Of a stretch of 52,779 bases of DNA, positions 7,363-17,153 are shown piece by piece. The stretch comes from a virus (lineage: Duplodnaviria > Caudoviricetes): positions 1-52,779 of the IMG/VR virus record IMGVR_UViG_3300020020_000039; one strand, given 5' to 3'. A program made the translations under genes and the position numbers. The notes below the pieces were generated by a model. That model saw only the letters and a list, made by a program, of their open reading frames with translations, ran no database searches and was not told the DNA's origin. Numbering within the stretch: position 1 is the stretch's first letter; each line of letters begins with the position of its first letter.

Positions 7363-8244
7363 ATGCCACTAATTAAAGCAAGCAGAAAGAAAACCAAAAT
7401 GCGGCTATCACTTGCAGCCCCTTCAGGTTTTGGTAAAACAACATCAGCGTTAATGATCGCTTACGGAATGACAAACGATTGGGATAAGATCGCTGTTATT
7501 GACACAGAGAACGGCACAGCATCTTACTATTCAAATCATGTCTTTCCTAACGGATTCAAAGTAGGAGAGTTTAACACCATCCAACTATCACCTCCTTACA
7601 CTCCTGAGAAGTACAGCGAGGGAATAAAAGAGTGCGAGAATGCAGGGATGGAAGTTATTATTCTCGATTCTGTTACTCACGTATGGCAGGGAGAGGGTGG
7701 ACTACTTGAATACAATAGTTCTCTTGGTTCCAACACCTTCCAGAATTGGGCTAAGACAACTCCCAGGTATCAAAAATGGCTGAACAGTATTTTATTCAGC
7801 AAATGCCACATCATTACTACCAACCGAAAGAAACAAGCCTATGCACTTGTACAAGAGAACGGGAAAAACAAGGTAGAAAAGAAAGGCATGGAAGATCAGA
7901 TTCGTGACGGTTACGATTACGAAATGACAATAGCGTTTGAGATTATTAACGATGGCCACATGGCGCAAGCTGCAAAAGATCGTACAGGTCTGTTTATGAA
8001 TAAGCCTGAGTTTGTAATTACTCCTGAAGTAGGACAAACGATAATGGATTGGTGCGAGTCTGGTATTGACCCCAATATTGAGATCAATGAGGCTGTAGTA
8101 AAACTCACCAACTGCGAAACCGTCGAGGATCTCAAACTATTCAAAGAAACTTTACCCGCCTATGTAATTACCAGCGATGCGTTTATCAAAGCTGGTACAA
8201 AAAGATACGCAGCGATTAACGGAAAAAAAACGGAAGTCGTATGA
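7363..8244 (+). CDS. AAA_24/Sak4-like recombination ATPase
   Basis: Walker A APSGFGKT, VIDTE, Walker B IILDS, KDRT. Confidence 0.88.
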   Translation: MPLIKASRKKTKMRLSLAAPSGFGKTTSALMIAYGMTNDWDKIAVIDTENGTASYYSNHVFPNGFKVGEFNTIQLSPPYTPEKYSEGIKECENAGMEVIILDSVTHVWQGEGGLLEYNSSLGSNTFQNWAKTTPRYQKWLNSILFSKCHIITTNRKKQAYALVQENGKNKVEKKGMEDQIRDGYDYEMTIAFEIINDGHMAQAAKDRTGLFMNKPEFVITPEVGQTIMDWCESGIDPNIEINEAVVKLTNCETVEDLKLFKETLPAYVITSDAFIKAGTKRYAAINGKKTEVV

Positions 8245-8343
8245 TCAGCAGTAGTCAACTCTTCCTCGAAGAAAGAGAATTAGAAACACCACCACCCTCA
8301 CCAATGAGGGACTAATCTAGTGGAGCGATAAAAAAATGATGAA

Positions 8344-8574
8344 ATGACAATAGAAACAAAGTTTGATATCTCCGATAAAATATTTTTCATAAGCAATAAG
8401 AAATCACATTCTTCTATAATTCGGGGGATTAAAGTTGACGTTGCCTTTTGCCCTATAGAAACCAACATAAAAATTACATACTTGTGTAACGAAGATTCCG
8501 ACGCTCGTGTTCATATAAAAATCGAGGAGGAAGACGCTTACAAAACAAAAGAGGAATTATTGCAATCAATCTAA
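8344..8574 (+). CDS. Hypothetical phage protein
   Basis: MTIETKFDI...KTKEELL pattern. Confidence 0.7.
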   Translation: MTIETKFDISDKIFFISNKKSHSSIIRGIKVDVAFCPIETNIKITYLCNEDSDARVHIKIEEEDAYKTKEELLQSI

Positions 8575-8993
8575 TGCAAATCGTCCTTCACATATCGGAA
8601 TCTGGTATTTCTAACACCGCAGCATGGGAGAGGTTCCAGCAGCAGTTGAAACCGGGTAAATGGTTGGTAAGCGCAAAGAGTTTCAAAAAGCGTAGCAATA
8701 ACCAGAACAAATATTATCATGGCTGTATGGTTCCTTTAGTTAAACAAGGTTTAATTGATATGGGGTGGGATATAAGAGACGAGGATGAAGCGCACGAATT
8801 TATTAAAGAAAAGTTCCTGCGAAAGAAGATCGTTAACAAGGAAACAGGCGAAGTAAAAGAAATTCCAGGTTCTACAGCAAAGTTAACAACTGTTCAATTC
8901 AACGAACTAATAGAAGATGTAATAAGATTCGGAGCGGAGTATTTAGGCATCCAAATTCCGTACCCTTCAGAACAAATAGCAATGTATGAGTGA
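8574..8993 (+). CDS. NinB/YbcN-like recombination protein
   Basis: KRSNNQNKYY and STAKLTTVQFNELIE motifs. Confidence 0.8.
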   Translation: MQIVLHISESGISNTAAWERFQQQLKPGKWLVSAKSFKKRSNNQNKYYHGCMVPLVKQGLIDMGWDIRDEDEAHEFIKEKFLRKKIVNKETGEVKEIPGSTAKLTTVQFNELIEDVIRFGAEYLGIQIPYPSEQIAMYE

Positions 8994-9495
8994 AGAACTG
9001 ACTTATTTACAAAAGAGAATGTTACACATTTTATCTGATCGTCCCTTACCCGAAAAGAAAATAAGCAAGATACCGGCTAAGAGTAAAAAGAGAATGGAGA
9101 AAGAGAAGGAACAGAAAGCGGCACTCGGTGAAGATGAAACGGAAAAAGAAAAATGGTTCAAAGCCAGAAGGAGAGAAATGACGGGAATTTGTCAATGTGG
9201 TTGCGCCGCTAAAAGTTCAAAGAACGATGATACTTATTTCAGGCATTCAATCGCTCACATCTTCCCGAAAGCAAAGTTCTTATCAATCGCGTTACATCCG
9301 CTTAATAGTGTAGAGCGAGGGTTCTTTTCAGGATGCCACGGTAATATGGATAATAAGGGAATGGATTTGTGGCCGCAGTTTGCAGACTTCGAAGATATTA
9401 AAGAAAGGTTTTACATACTAGCGCCATTGCTAACAGATGCTGAACGCTCTAGTAAATTTTATTCAAAGTTGGAATCATTGGTTTATTCGAAATAG
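8986..9495 (+). CDS. HNH/NinG-like nuclease
   Basis: CQCGC...AHIFPK...CH. Confidence 0.6.
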   Translation: MSEELTYLQKRMLHILSDRPLPEKKISKIPAKSKKRMEKEKEQKAALGEDETEKEKWFKARRREMTGICQCGCAAKSSKNDDTYFRHSIAHIFPKAKFLSIALHPLNSVERGFFSGCHGNMDNKGMDLWPQFADFEDIKERFYILAPLLTDAERSSKFYSKLESLVYSK

Positions 9496-9525
9496 ATTTT
9501 TTCACACGGTTAAAAGGTTAAGGTA

Positions 9526-10131
9526 ATGAGACATTTCACGAAACGTGAAGATAAATTTTTACTGGTTAACAAGGATCTGATTCCGGCAAAGCGAATGTCT
9601 AAAATGCTTAACCGTTCAGAGTCTTCTGCTAGGCAAAGAATGAAACTCATTGGCGCAATACCTACACCCGAGGCGGTTGAGAGATTCAGAAAAGATAGCC
9701 AGATAAAGCCCGGTACTGTCCCACCCAATAAAGGCAAAAAGATGCCCGCCAGCACTTATAAGAAGGTTAAGGCCACGATGTTTAAAAAAGGTCAACGAAT
9801 CCACAACGAAAAATTTGACGGCGCTATTTCAATCAGGACTGACAAAACAAAAAGAAACTACAAATTTATAAGAACATCCAAAGGAGTTTGGCAAGCCCTT
9901 CATGTTTATATCTGGAAGAAATCAAAGAGACGAGTACCAAAAGGGAAGATAGTTGTATTCAAAGACAAGAACACGATGAACTGCAAACTGGGAAACCTGG
10001 AATGTATTACAAGGGTAGAAAACATGAAAAGAAATACGTACCACAACTACCCGAAACCAATTGCAAATTTAATTCAACTACGAGGCGCCCTCAACAGACA
10101 AATTAATAAACACAGTAAACGATTAAAATGA
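9526..10131 (+). CDS. HNH endonuclease-family protein
   Basis: HVYIW...VVFKDKNTMNCKLGNLECITRVEN; PPNKG repeat-like motif. Confidence 0.85.
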   Translation: MRHFTKREDKFLLVNKDLIPAKRMSKMLNRSESSARQRMKLIGAIPTPEAVERFRKDSQIKPGTVPPNKGKKMPASTYKKVKATMFKKGQRIHNEKFDGAISIRTDKTKRNYKFIRTSKGVWQALHVYIWKKSKRRVPKGKIVVFKDKNTMNCKLGNLECITRVENMKRNTYHNYPKPIANLIQLRGALNRQINKHSKRLK

Positions 10132-10382
10132 AAAATAAAATTGCCGATCTGCGAAATCACATGTTTGCCCAACTGGAAAGATTAGGGGTTGAAGATATTA
10201 ACGAGGAAGATTTGAAAAAAGAAATCGAAAGAGGCAAAGCAATCTCCGAGCTAGGCAAGGTCATTGTTGAGTCGGCTAAAACAGAAATCTTTCATTTAAA
10301 GTTAATGGGGCGGCTCGATCATAACAACCCTCCCAATTTTCTTGAAGATGAGGAACCAAAGAAATTAAGAGCAGCTAAATAA
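10128..10382 (+). CDS. Conserved-looking hypothetical phage protein next to the HNH gene
   Basis: MKNKIADLRNHMFAQLERL. Confidence 0.75.
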   Translation: MKNKIADLRNHMFAQLERLGVEDINEEDLKKEIERGKAISELGKVIVESAKTEIFHLKLMGRLDHNNPPNFLEDEEPKKLRAAK

Positions 10383-10388
10383 TATTTT

Positions 10389-10760
10389 ATGAAACAACCC
10401 GAATTTATATTCCCTGTCATGGAATTAGCGGAGGAAGGAGAAGCTCTTGCAATGCAGGGGTTACAAAGAGCTACCGATAAAGCTGATAAAGATTCCCCCG
10501 GTTGGAAAGAAAGGTGTTATTCTCTATTCAAAGAGTGGATCAATTTAAAGCCAGCCTACTTTGAGTTCATGACCGAGGATTTTAGAAACCATCTCGAACG
10601 TAACGCAAAGATAGAAACACCTAATTCTAAGACCGCTTACGGCTTCATTCCTTTAAAGGCATTAAGAGAAGGATTGATAGAAAGGTGGGGCTACGGGAAG
10701 GTTTCGAACAAGGCTGCTCATGCGGCAAATGCAAGTGTTTGGAGGAAAATTAAAAACTGA
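10389..10760 (+). CDS. Hypothetical protein (possible winged helix)
   Basis: ORF in operon. Confidence 0.7.
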   Translation: MKQPEFIFPVMELAEEGEALAMQGLQRATDKADKDSPGWKERCYSLFKEWINLKPAYFEFMTEDFRNHLERNAKIETPNSKTAYGFIPLKALREGLIERWGYGKVSNKAAHAANASVWRKIKN

Positions 10761-10764
10761 AAAT

Positions 10765-11088
10765 ATGAAAGTTCCTGACGGGGTTAATTACCTATCATTT
10801 TACGAGGCAGCAAAAGCAAAAGGAATAAAGATACAATCTAGGCATATTGGGGTTAGCATTAATATTTATGGCAAGCGCCTGACTTGGCTTGCTTCGTATA
10901 ATAGGGGGAAATCCGTGTTTATTGGAAGATTCCCGTTTACAAGAAATGGAGAAGATGAAGCGGGTGCCGCATATAAAAGATACCTATTGAATAACGGTAT
11001 TAAACCCAAAACAACGGTTAAGAGAAAAAGTAATTCAAAATCAAAATTACCGGTATCTGTTATGAATAATGATACAATGGTAGGATAA
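10765..11088 (+). CDS. AP2-like DNA-binding protein
   Basis: SRHIGVS...W.A...FIGRF...EDEAGAAY. Confidence 0.55.
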   Translation: MKVPDGVNYLSFYEAAKAKGIKIQSRHIGVSINIYGKRLTWLASYNRGKSVFIGRFPFTRNGEDEAGAAYKRYLLNNGIKPKTTVKRKSNSKSKLPVSVMNNDTMVG

Positions 11089-11111
11089 TTAAATTAAAAC
11101 TCTGATTAGTT

Positions 11112-11678
11112 ATGAACGAAAGCGTAATAATAATGCGGATAGTAAAAGACTGCAATATTCTCTCCCCGCAGGAGATCGTTTCAAAGTACAAACCGTTGAT
11201 TCAGGATTATGTGTACGACACGATTAAGACAAGGAATTATTTTAGTCAGATTGAAATACAGGGAACTCATGCAGAGGCTATGAGCCGGTTGATTGATGAT
11301 GTCTGCAAAGTTTATGATATCAAAAGATCCCACCTGCTAGTACAGAATCGAAACAGGGAACTTGTTCTGGTACGTCACATGATTTCATTTATAGCTCGAA
11401 TGCTTGACATAACAACCTGGAAAGACATTGGACAAATCTTAGGGGGGCGGGATCATACGACAGCCATGCACGGTTACTCAACGTTCAAAGACCTGCTATC
11501 TACCAATAACAGACCTGCTTTAATAAACTGGAGTAAGTGGATTAAACACGGCAACCCTGAGTTTACAAAGTATTTTGATTGGGCGGCTCCCGTTGAAGAA
11601 GAAAGAGAAGCTGTTGTGATTCACATAAAACCACAGACTGTTTACAATAATATCCCTGTGTATAATTATGCTGAATAA
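11112..11678 (+). CDS. DnaA C-terminal (domain IV)-like DNA-binding protein
   Basis: RNRELVLVRH...DIGQILGGRDHTTAMHG. Confidence 0.85.
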   Translation: MNESVIIMRIVKDCNILSPQEIVSKYKPLIQDYVYDTIKTRNYFSQIEIQGTHAEAMSRLIDDVCKVYDIKRSHLLVQNRNRELVLVRHMISFIARMLDITTWKDIGQILGGRDHTTAMHGYSTFKDLLSTNNRPALINWSKWIKHGNPEFTKYFDWAAPVEEEREAVVIHIKPQTVYNNIPVYNYAE

Positions 11679-11782
11679 GATATCAACAGGTGTTAACATT
11701 TTCTTAGGTTATTCTTTTCCGGTAGTTATGCAAACTTATCAACAAGACCCCCTGAAATGTTCTAAAAGCTATGGTTATGCGT

Positions 11783-11936
11783 TAAATTTGTATCGCTGCA
11801 ATTAATAGGTTAAGTTATGATTAGTAAAAAGTATTCATCCCCTGATGTAGGTGGGTTTAATTACCCAAGTAGCGAGACTTAACCCGCTGCGCAGCAACCT
11901 ACATCAGGGGATTTTTATTGGTTAACTGATTAGTAT
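11783..11936 (+). promoter_or_regulatory. Promoter and structured leader (C4-like antisense element) before the replication genes
   Basis: TAAATTTG at 11783; perfect 16-bp inverted repeat 11837-11852/11897-11912 enclosing two hairpins, followed by T run. Confidence 0.65.
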
Positions 11937-12305
11937 ATGGTTTGTAGGAAATGTGATTCTCCTGACATTGAGTTGGAGTACCGTGAGGCAATGCAACAAT
12001 ATTTGACCCGGTGTAATGCGTGCAAGGCCGTTACATGGCAACCCAAAGAGGGAACAAAGAACAGGGAAAGCAAGCACAAGGATCTGGTAAAGAAAAAAGG
12101 ACTCGACTATTGTGAGTGCTGCCTGAGAAAGAAAGAAGATATCCCCGCTCCTGGTACTCTTGAAGCCCACCACATTTTAGAATACGCTGAAGGTGGCACT
12201 GATGATCTCGCAAATATTTTAATCCTCTGTACTTATTGCCACAAGGACACCCACCAGAAAAGAACGTATCTCGGTCACTATAAAAAAATCGTATCCAATG
12301 AATAA
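11937..12305 (+). CDS. Zn-binding HNH endonuclease
   Basis: CECC...EAHHI...GGTDDLANILILCTYCH. Confidence 0.88.
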   Translation: MVCRKCDSPDIELEYREAMQQYLTRCNACKAVTWQPKEGTKNRESKHKDLVKKKGLDYCECCLRKKEDIPAPGTLEAHHILEYAEGGTDDLANILILCTYCHKDTHQKRTYLGHYKKIVSNE

Positions 12306-12984
12306 AGAAACTTTTATCCTCCGTTCGGAGTGGTACGGTGCTATATCAAAACTTTCAGTTAAAGAGAAAGCAAAGATGTTAGATAATTTATTCGGATACC
12401 ATATTAAGGGGAGTGATGCTGTAGATAATAACACAGCAGGGCTGGAATTATTGTGGAGTATGCTTGAGCCGAACCTTGTCAGAAATATCGAAAACTACGA
12501 CAGGAGGAAGGATACTTCTTCCGAGAATGGGAAAAAGGGGGGACGTCCGAGCATTAATAAAAACCTAAATAACCTAGAAAAACCTAGCGATAACCTAAAT
12601 AACCTAACGCTTTCTGGAGATAACCTAACAGAACCTAACGAAAGCCTATCTGTATATGTTAGTGTTCCTGTACCTGAGAGTGTACCTGCTCCTGCAACTG
12701 AACCTGTATATGGTAGTGTACCTGATACTGATTGGGAAAAAGAAAAACAAAATTTTTTGAACGATGAAAAATGGGAGTACAAGTTCGTAACAGAAAAACA
12801 GGTCAGCAGGGAAGATTACAGATTGTATGCAAATAACTTTATTTCTACGCTGGATTTGCAAGAAGATTTTAAGAACCGGAAAGAATTGAAAAAACATTTT
12901 ACCAACTGGTTTGATTTAAAAGTAAGAAAGGGCGAAATAATAATCAAGAAGGCGGTAGTAAAAAAGGAGCATCAAGGATGGTAA
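12298..12984 (+). CDS. Replication initiator-like protein (DUF6291-like N-terminus)
   Basis: KETFIL...ENGKKGGRP, low-complexity linker with internal DNA repeats, KKHFTNW. Confidence 0.75.
   Translation: MNKETFILRSEWYGAISKLSVKEKAKMLDNLFGYHIKGSDAVDNNTAGLELLWSMLEPNLVRNIENYDRRKDTSSENGKKGGRPSINKNLNNLEKPSDNLNNLTLSGDNLTEPNESLSVYVSVPVPESVPAPATEPVYGSVPDTDWEKEKQNFLNDEKWEYKFVTEKQVSREDYRLYANNFISTLDLQEDFKNRKELKKHFTNWFDLKVRKGEIIIKKAVVKKEHQGW
12562..12648 (+). repeat. AACCTA iterons, probable replication origin
   Basis: Seven AACCTA copies at roughly 10-bp phasing inside the initiator gene. Confidence 0.7.
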
Positions 12985-14804
12985 CAGCATTTAAAAACAT
13001 ATTTGACAATCTTCCTTTCTACGCAACCGTCGAGAATGCTATAACCAGGATTCAAGAGGGCAAGAGTAAAGAAAAGGTTTTGGAGATCCGGCAGCAGATC
13101 AACAAAGAGAGAGCCGATAAATTGAAACAAAACCTTCCTTGCTTCCTGTTCTCTGGAGAATTCAAGAATCGTAAAGACGAATCAATTCTCAATCACTCAG
13201 GTTTTTTAGTACTGGATTTTGACGAGGTGTATGATTTGCGAGAAAGGCAACTGGAAATTATTTCGCATGAGTTTGTTTATGCTTGTTGGGTTTCTCCTAG
13301 AGGAAACGGATTAAAGGCTCTTGTTAAAATTGCAGACGGTAAAAAACACCGGCAGCACTTTGAGGCGCTAAGAGAAATATTCGAGGATGCTGATAAGTCG
13401 GGAGTGAACGAGGCAAGGGTTTGTTATGAAAGTTACGATCCGGATATCTACGTAAACAAACAAGCCAAGCCTTTCACGAAAATTAAAAAGGTTGAAATAA
13501 TCCAGGTTAAAGAATCACAAGGCAGTGATCAGGTCTTTGAAAAGTTGGTATCATGGCTGGTAAACAAAGGAGATGCTTTTGTAACGGGTCAAAGAAATTC
13601 TTTCATATTCAAACTTGCGTCAAGTTGTTGCCGGTTCGGACTGAATGAATCAGAGGCGGCTGTGAACATTTTAAGTAAGTACTCGACCGATAATAGTTTC
13701 ACTCAATCTGAAACAGAGAGAACGGTAAAGAGTGCTTATAGATCGAATAAGAATCAATTTGCTTCTGCTTCGTTTGATAAGGATGTTTTAGTTGAAACTG
13801 TCACAAGATCCGAGGTAAAACTAGCTGAGTGGATTGATGATGAAGGTCGGGTGAAGGATGTTATCTACGGGGAGAATGTCAAGGGAAAGGCACTGGAAAT
13901 ATTCAGGAACGGGTATGAGAAAGTATTAGGTATTGGAGTCCCGATGATTGACGAGCTATTCAAGTTCAAGAAAGGTGAAATTACTTTGATATCGGGGATA
14001 GGAAACTACGGCAAAAGCTCACTGCTGAAGTATCTGCTGTTAATGAGAGTAATTCGTTACGGTGAAAAGTTTGCGCTGTTCAGTCCTGAAGATAACCCAC
14101 CTCACGAATTTTATCATGATTTAGTTGAGATGTTGCTAGGAACAAACTGCACGCCTACCAATCCAACCCGACCATCGGAGGAAAGTTATAACGCAGCCTA
14201 TGATTGGATAAGCAAGCATATTTTTTATGTGTATCCTAAAAATATTTCGCCTACTCCCGAATACATCAAAGAGAAGTTTTTGGAGTTGATTATTACGGAA
14301 GGGATAGCAGGTAACGTAATAGATCCTTTTAATCAATTGCATAACGAGTACGGAAAAGCCGGTGGGCGTTCTGACAAGTACCTGGAAACTTTCTTAGCCG
14401 ATTATTCAAGGTTCAATCAAGAGAATAATCAGTATGGAATTATTGTAGCTCACCCGCACAAAATGCAGAAAGCTCCCGATGGTAATTACCCTTGTCCTGA
14501 CGTGTTTGATCTTGCTGATGGCGCAATGTGGAATAATAAGATGGATAACATTTTGATTTACCACAGACCAACAGCGCAAACAGATCCAGAGAACAGAGCC
14601 TGCGATTTAAACAGTAAGAAAATAAGAAGGCAAAAGATTGTAGGCAAGAGAGGGTTTGCATCTTTCGAAATGGATCGTAAAGCAAGAAGATTCTTTTTCG
14701 ATGGAAGGGACTACATGGATTTCGCTCTAAAAGAAAAAGGACTAACATTTAAAATGGAACAACAGGAAATGTTTCAAGGATGGAAACCATATAAAGAAGA
14801 TTAA
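12978..14804 (+). CDS. Primase-helicase (BT4734/VirE-N-like domain, PriCT, SF4 helicase)
   Basis: HSGFLVLDFD, SPRGNGLK, GQRNSFIFKLA, GIGNYGKS, VIDPFN, VAHPHK. Confidence 0.85.
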   Translation: MVTAFKNIFDNLPFYATVENAITRIQEGKSKEKVLEIRQQINKERADKLKQNLPCFLFSGEFKNRKDESILNHSGFLVLDFDEVYDLRERQLEIISHEFVYACWVSPRGNGLKALVKIADGKKHRQHFEALREIFEDADKSGVNEARVCYESYDPDIYVNKQAKPFTKIKKVEIIQVKESQGSDQVFEKLVSWLVNKGDAFVTGQRNSFIFKLASSCCRFGLNESEAAVNILSKYSTDNSFTQSETERTVKSAYRSNKNQFASASFDKDVLVETVTRSEVKLAEWIDDEGRVKDVIYGENVKGKALEIFRNGYEKVLGIGVPMIDELFKFKKGEITLISGIGNYGKSSLLKYLLLMRVIRYGEKFALFSPEDNPPHEFYHDLVEMLLGTNCTPTNPTRPSEESYNAAYDWISKHIFYVYPKNISPTPEYIKEKFLELIITEGIAGNVIDPFNQLHNEYGKAGGRSDKYLETFLADYSRFNQENNQYGIIVAHPHKMQKAPDGNYPCPDVFDLADGAMWNNKMDNILIYHRPTAQTDPENRACDLNSKKIRRQKIVGKRGFASFEMDRKARRFFFDGRDYMDFALKEKGLTFKMEQQEMFQGWKPYKED

Positions 14805-14846
14805 ACGCCTCTCAAAAAACATTGCGTTGAAAAATCATATTGAAAA

Positions 14847-15335
14847 ATGAAACAGTTAAAATTTATTCAGGATTTCCAAAACAAATACCTAGATAGTCAT
14901 TTAGGCGGTAGTATCGGTTTGCTACTTCATGGGGTTGACCTTAAAAGAAGTTTAGATAAATCAGACATTGATTTGACGGTGCAAATTCCTCTATCGTTTG
15001 CCGAGCCAATAGGAATTGAAGACCTGACCGAAAGTAGTAATGCGGAAGATTTTGAGTATGCTTTTAGATACGAGCCGATGGGAAGTAATTGGTATTTCAA
15101 AGTTGATGTTAATCTAAAACCAAAATCAGAGTTTGTAAAAATAACTCACGAAGGTTTTGAGTATCGGGTATCGCTTCTTAAAGACATACTTGTTAAAAAG
15201 ATCGAGTACGCCGGCAAAGGAGTTCAGAAGCATATTGATGATCTAATTGTAATACACTGCGGAGTAAGACCCGAAAGAAAAGAGGAAGAAAAGAAGCAAG
15301 TGCCAGTAACAGATATTGATGATTTACCATTTTAA
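14847..15335 (+). CDS. Nucleotidyltransferase-fold protein with SSB-like acidic tail
   Basis: LGGSIGL...SDIDL motif; C-terminus DIDDLPF. Confidence 0.65.
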   Translation: MKQLKFIQDFQNKYLDSHLGGSIGLLLHGVDLKRSLDKSDIDLTVQIPLSFAEPIGIEDLTESSNAEDFEYAFRYEPMGSNWYFKVDVNLKPKSEFVKITHEGFEYRVSLLKDILVKKIEYAGKGVQKHIDDLIVIHCGVRPERKEEEKKQVPVTDIDDLPF

Positions 15336-15515
15336 TAAACCCCTATGACCCTCACCGACATCTCCCACGCCGCATTCGAGGTATTATACTACCAGAGAAA
15401 AATCTATGACGGCGAAGGGACCGAGGACGATAAAAAGTTATTACAATCGGCAAAAGAAAAAGTTTGGAGTATGTGGAGGGAGAGGGGATAGTAAACGATT
15501 AAAGTAAAATAAATT

Positions 15516-16094
15516 ATGGAACAAGCAATAGAACTAGTAAGCAAATCGGCAATGTCTGCATTGATCGACGAAAAAGCGAAGTTATCGAAAGAGAAAAATG
15601 AACTGGCCGGAGCGATTTCGGGCATTGGGCTTTCTGTAAATAGGCTAAAGTTTGCGCCGCATACAATAGATCAGGAGTCTCTTGATTTAAGATCGGCCTA
15701 TGTGAAGAGGTATACCGAAATAGAAAAGAGGCTACTCGAAATCAAAAACATTACAAGGGCTAAAAAGCCAGACGATAGGCATTTTATTAAGGGCATTCTT
15801 GTTGAGTCTTTGGGGAAGGATTTCGCCTATGCTGTATTTGATGAGGCCGAGCGAAGGGCTAACGAAGAGGATTATTTAAAAGTCTCTCCTCCTATGGGTA
15901 AGCCAGCAACCCGTTCTTACAGGAAAGAATTAACGGAGGCGATTGAACTTCTCAGATCAGCAAGAGAAACAATAACCCAATGGATTTATGCTAATGAGCC
16001 AGATGTTAATAAAGCCGATTGGTTAGCGAAGGTTGCAAAGTTGAATAAATGTATACCGCCAATTTCAGAATTAAATCAGTTAAGACCTAAATGA
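15516..16094 (+). CDS. Hypothetical helical protein
   Basis: 192-aa ORF. Confidence 0.7.
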   Translation: MEQAIELVSKSAMSALIDEKAKLSKEKNELAGAISGIGLSVNRLKFAPHTIDQESLDLRSAYVKRYTEIEKRLLEIKNITRAKKPDDRHFIKGILVESLGKDFAYAVFDEAERRANEEDYLKVSPPMGKPATRSYRKELTEAIELLRSARETITQWIYANEPDVNKADWLAKVAKLNKCIPPISELNQLRPK

Positions 16095-16420
16095 CAAGAA
16101 GCGAACTAACTAAAGCCGCAATAGAAGAACTAACATGGAGGGGATCTAGGGTGAGACAGGTTCACAATATCCCGTTCAGAAGGAAAGCGAATAACGTGCA
16201 GCGAGGTTGGCCAGATATCGAAGGTTATTCTAATGCAGGTCTTGCTTTACTATGCGAATGCAAAACAGAGAACGATAAGTTAAGCAAAGAGCAAATAGAA
16301 AGGCTAAACGATGCGGAGAAATGCGGGGCAATATGTATGGTCGCCTACTATAAAAAAGGCTACCACCTCGACCAATGGTGTGATTACAAAATAAAGTTTT
16401 TAATAAATAAAGTGAAATGA
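16091..16420 (+). CDS. VRR-NUC (PD-(D/E)xK) nuclease, resolvase-like
   Basis: GWPDI...ECKT...LSKEQ. Confidence 0.85.
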   Translation: MTRSELTKAAIEELTWRGSRVRQVHNIPFRRKANNVQRGWPDIEGYSNAGLALLCECKTENDKLSKEQIERLNDAEKCGAICMVAYYKKGYHLDQWCDYKIKFLINKVK

Positions 16421-16662
16421 AAAAACCAATCAAGCTATTCACAAAAAAGTATACCAACGGTACAGCTCATTACTGGTTCACTGTAAACGCAAACAATAAC
16501 CAGGTTCTTTGCACCAGTGAAACATACACAAGAAAGGGATCAGCGGTAAAAGCGATTCTGGCGGTTCTGAAAGCACTTCATGGTGTTTACAAAGAAACCC
16601 TTCCTGAAACTACTATTGATCTGAATGTAAGAGATGTGGTTGTTAAAACAAAAAAGAAATAA
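16417..16662 (+). CDS. DUF1508/YegP-like protein
   Basis: WFTVNANNNQVLCTSETYTRKGSAVKAI. Confidence 0.75.
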   Translation: MKKPIKLFTKKYTNGTAHYWFTVNANNNQVLCTSETYTRKGSAVKAILAVLKALHGVYKETLPETTIDLNVRDVVVKTKKK

Positions 16663-16844
16663 ATGGCACTTTTCTTTTACCCATACGGAACAGCTCAGAC
16701 ATTAACAGAGGGCAGCGAAGTAACCCCGATTACATCAATAGAGGTGTTAGCGTTATTTATTTTACTCGGGTCGGTAGTATTCATTGTCAACAAATACATT
16801 CTAAAACATTACGAGGATTAATTATTCACCATAAAAAACAAAAA

Positions 16845-17114
16845 ATGAAAAGGTTTTTTCTATTCCTGATGACCGTAGCAATTTTTTCCTGCACCAACAA
16901 CACCGAAGATCCCGATGCCGTTGGGCAGGGTGCGCTGCACTTGCCGGTAAATTTTGATTCAACTTACAAGCTGTGTCTTGGAAGAGATACATTAAATGTG
17001 ATAATGACAGACACGGCAGGAGGAAACGTTAACTACTTAATCCTTCCTGATTCGATACCGGGAGTAAAGACCCACGAAGATTTTATCCAGGCGGTTGAGA
17101 ACTGCTTTGAGTAG
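16845..17114 (+). CDS. Small lipoprotein
   Basis: MKRFFLFLMTVAIFS-C lipobox. Confidence 0.7.
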   Translation: MKRFFLFLMTVAIFSCTNNTEDPDAVGQGALHLPVNFDSTYKLCLGRDTLNVIMTDTAGGNVNYLILPDSIPGVKTHEDFIQAVENCFE

Positions 17115-17153
17115 GCTAATCCGTACCCTTAACCACCGATTAAAAATAAATGT

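Noticed and set aside
12651-12730. TGTACCTG-like repeats
   Set aside because: Explained by the low-complexity VPVPESVPAP linker of the initiator; not a CRISPR array
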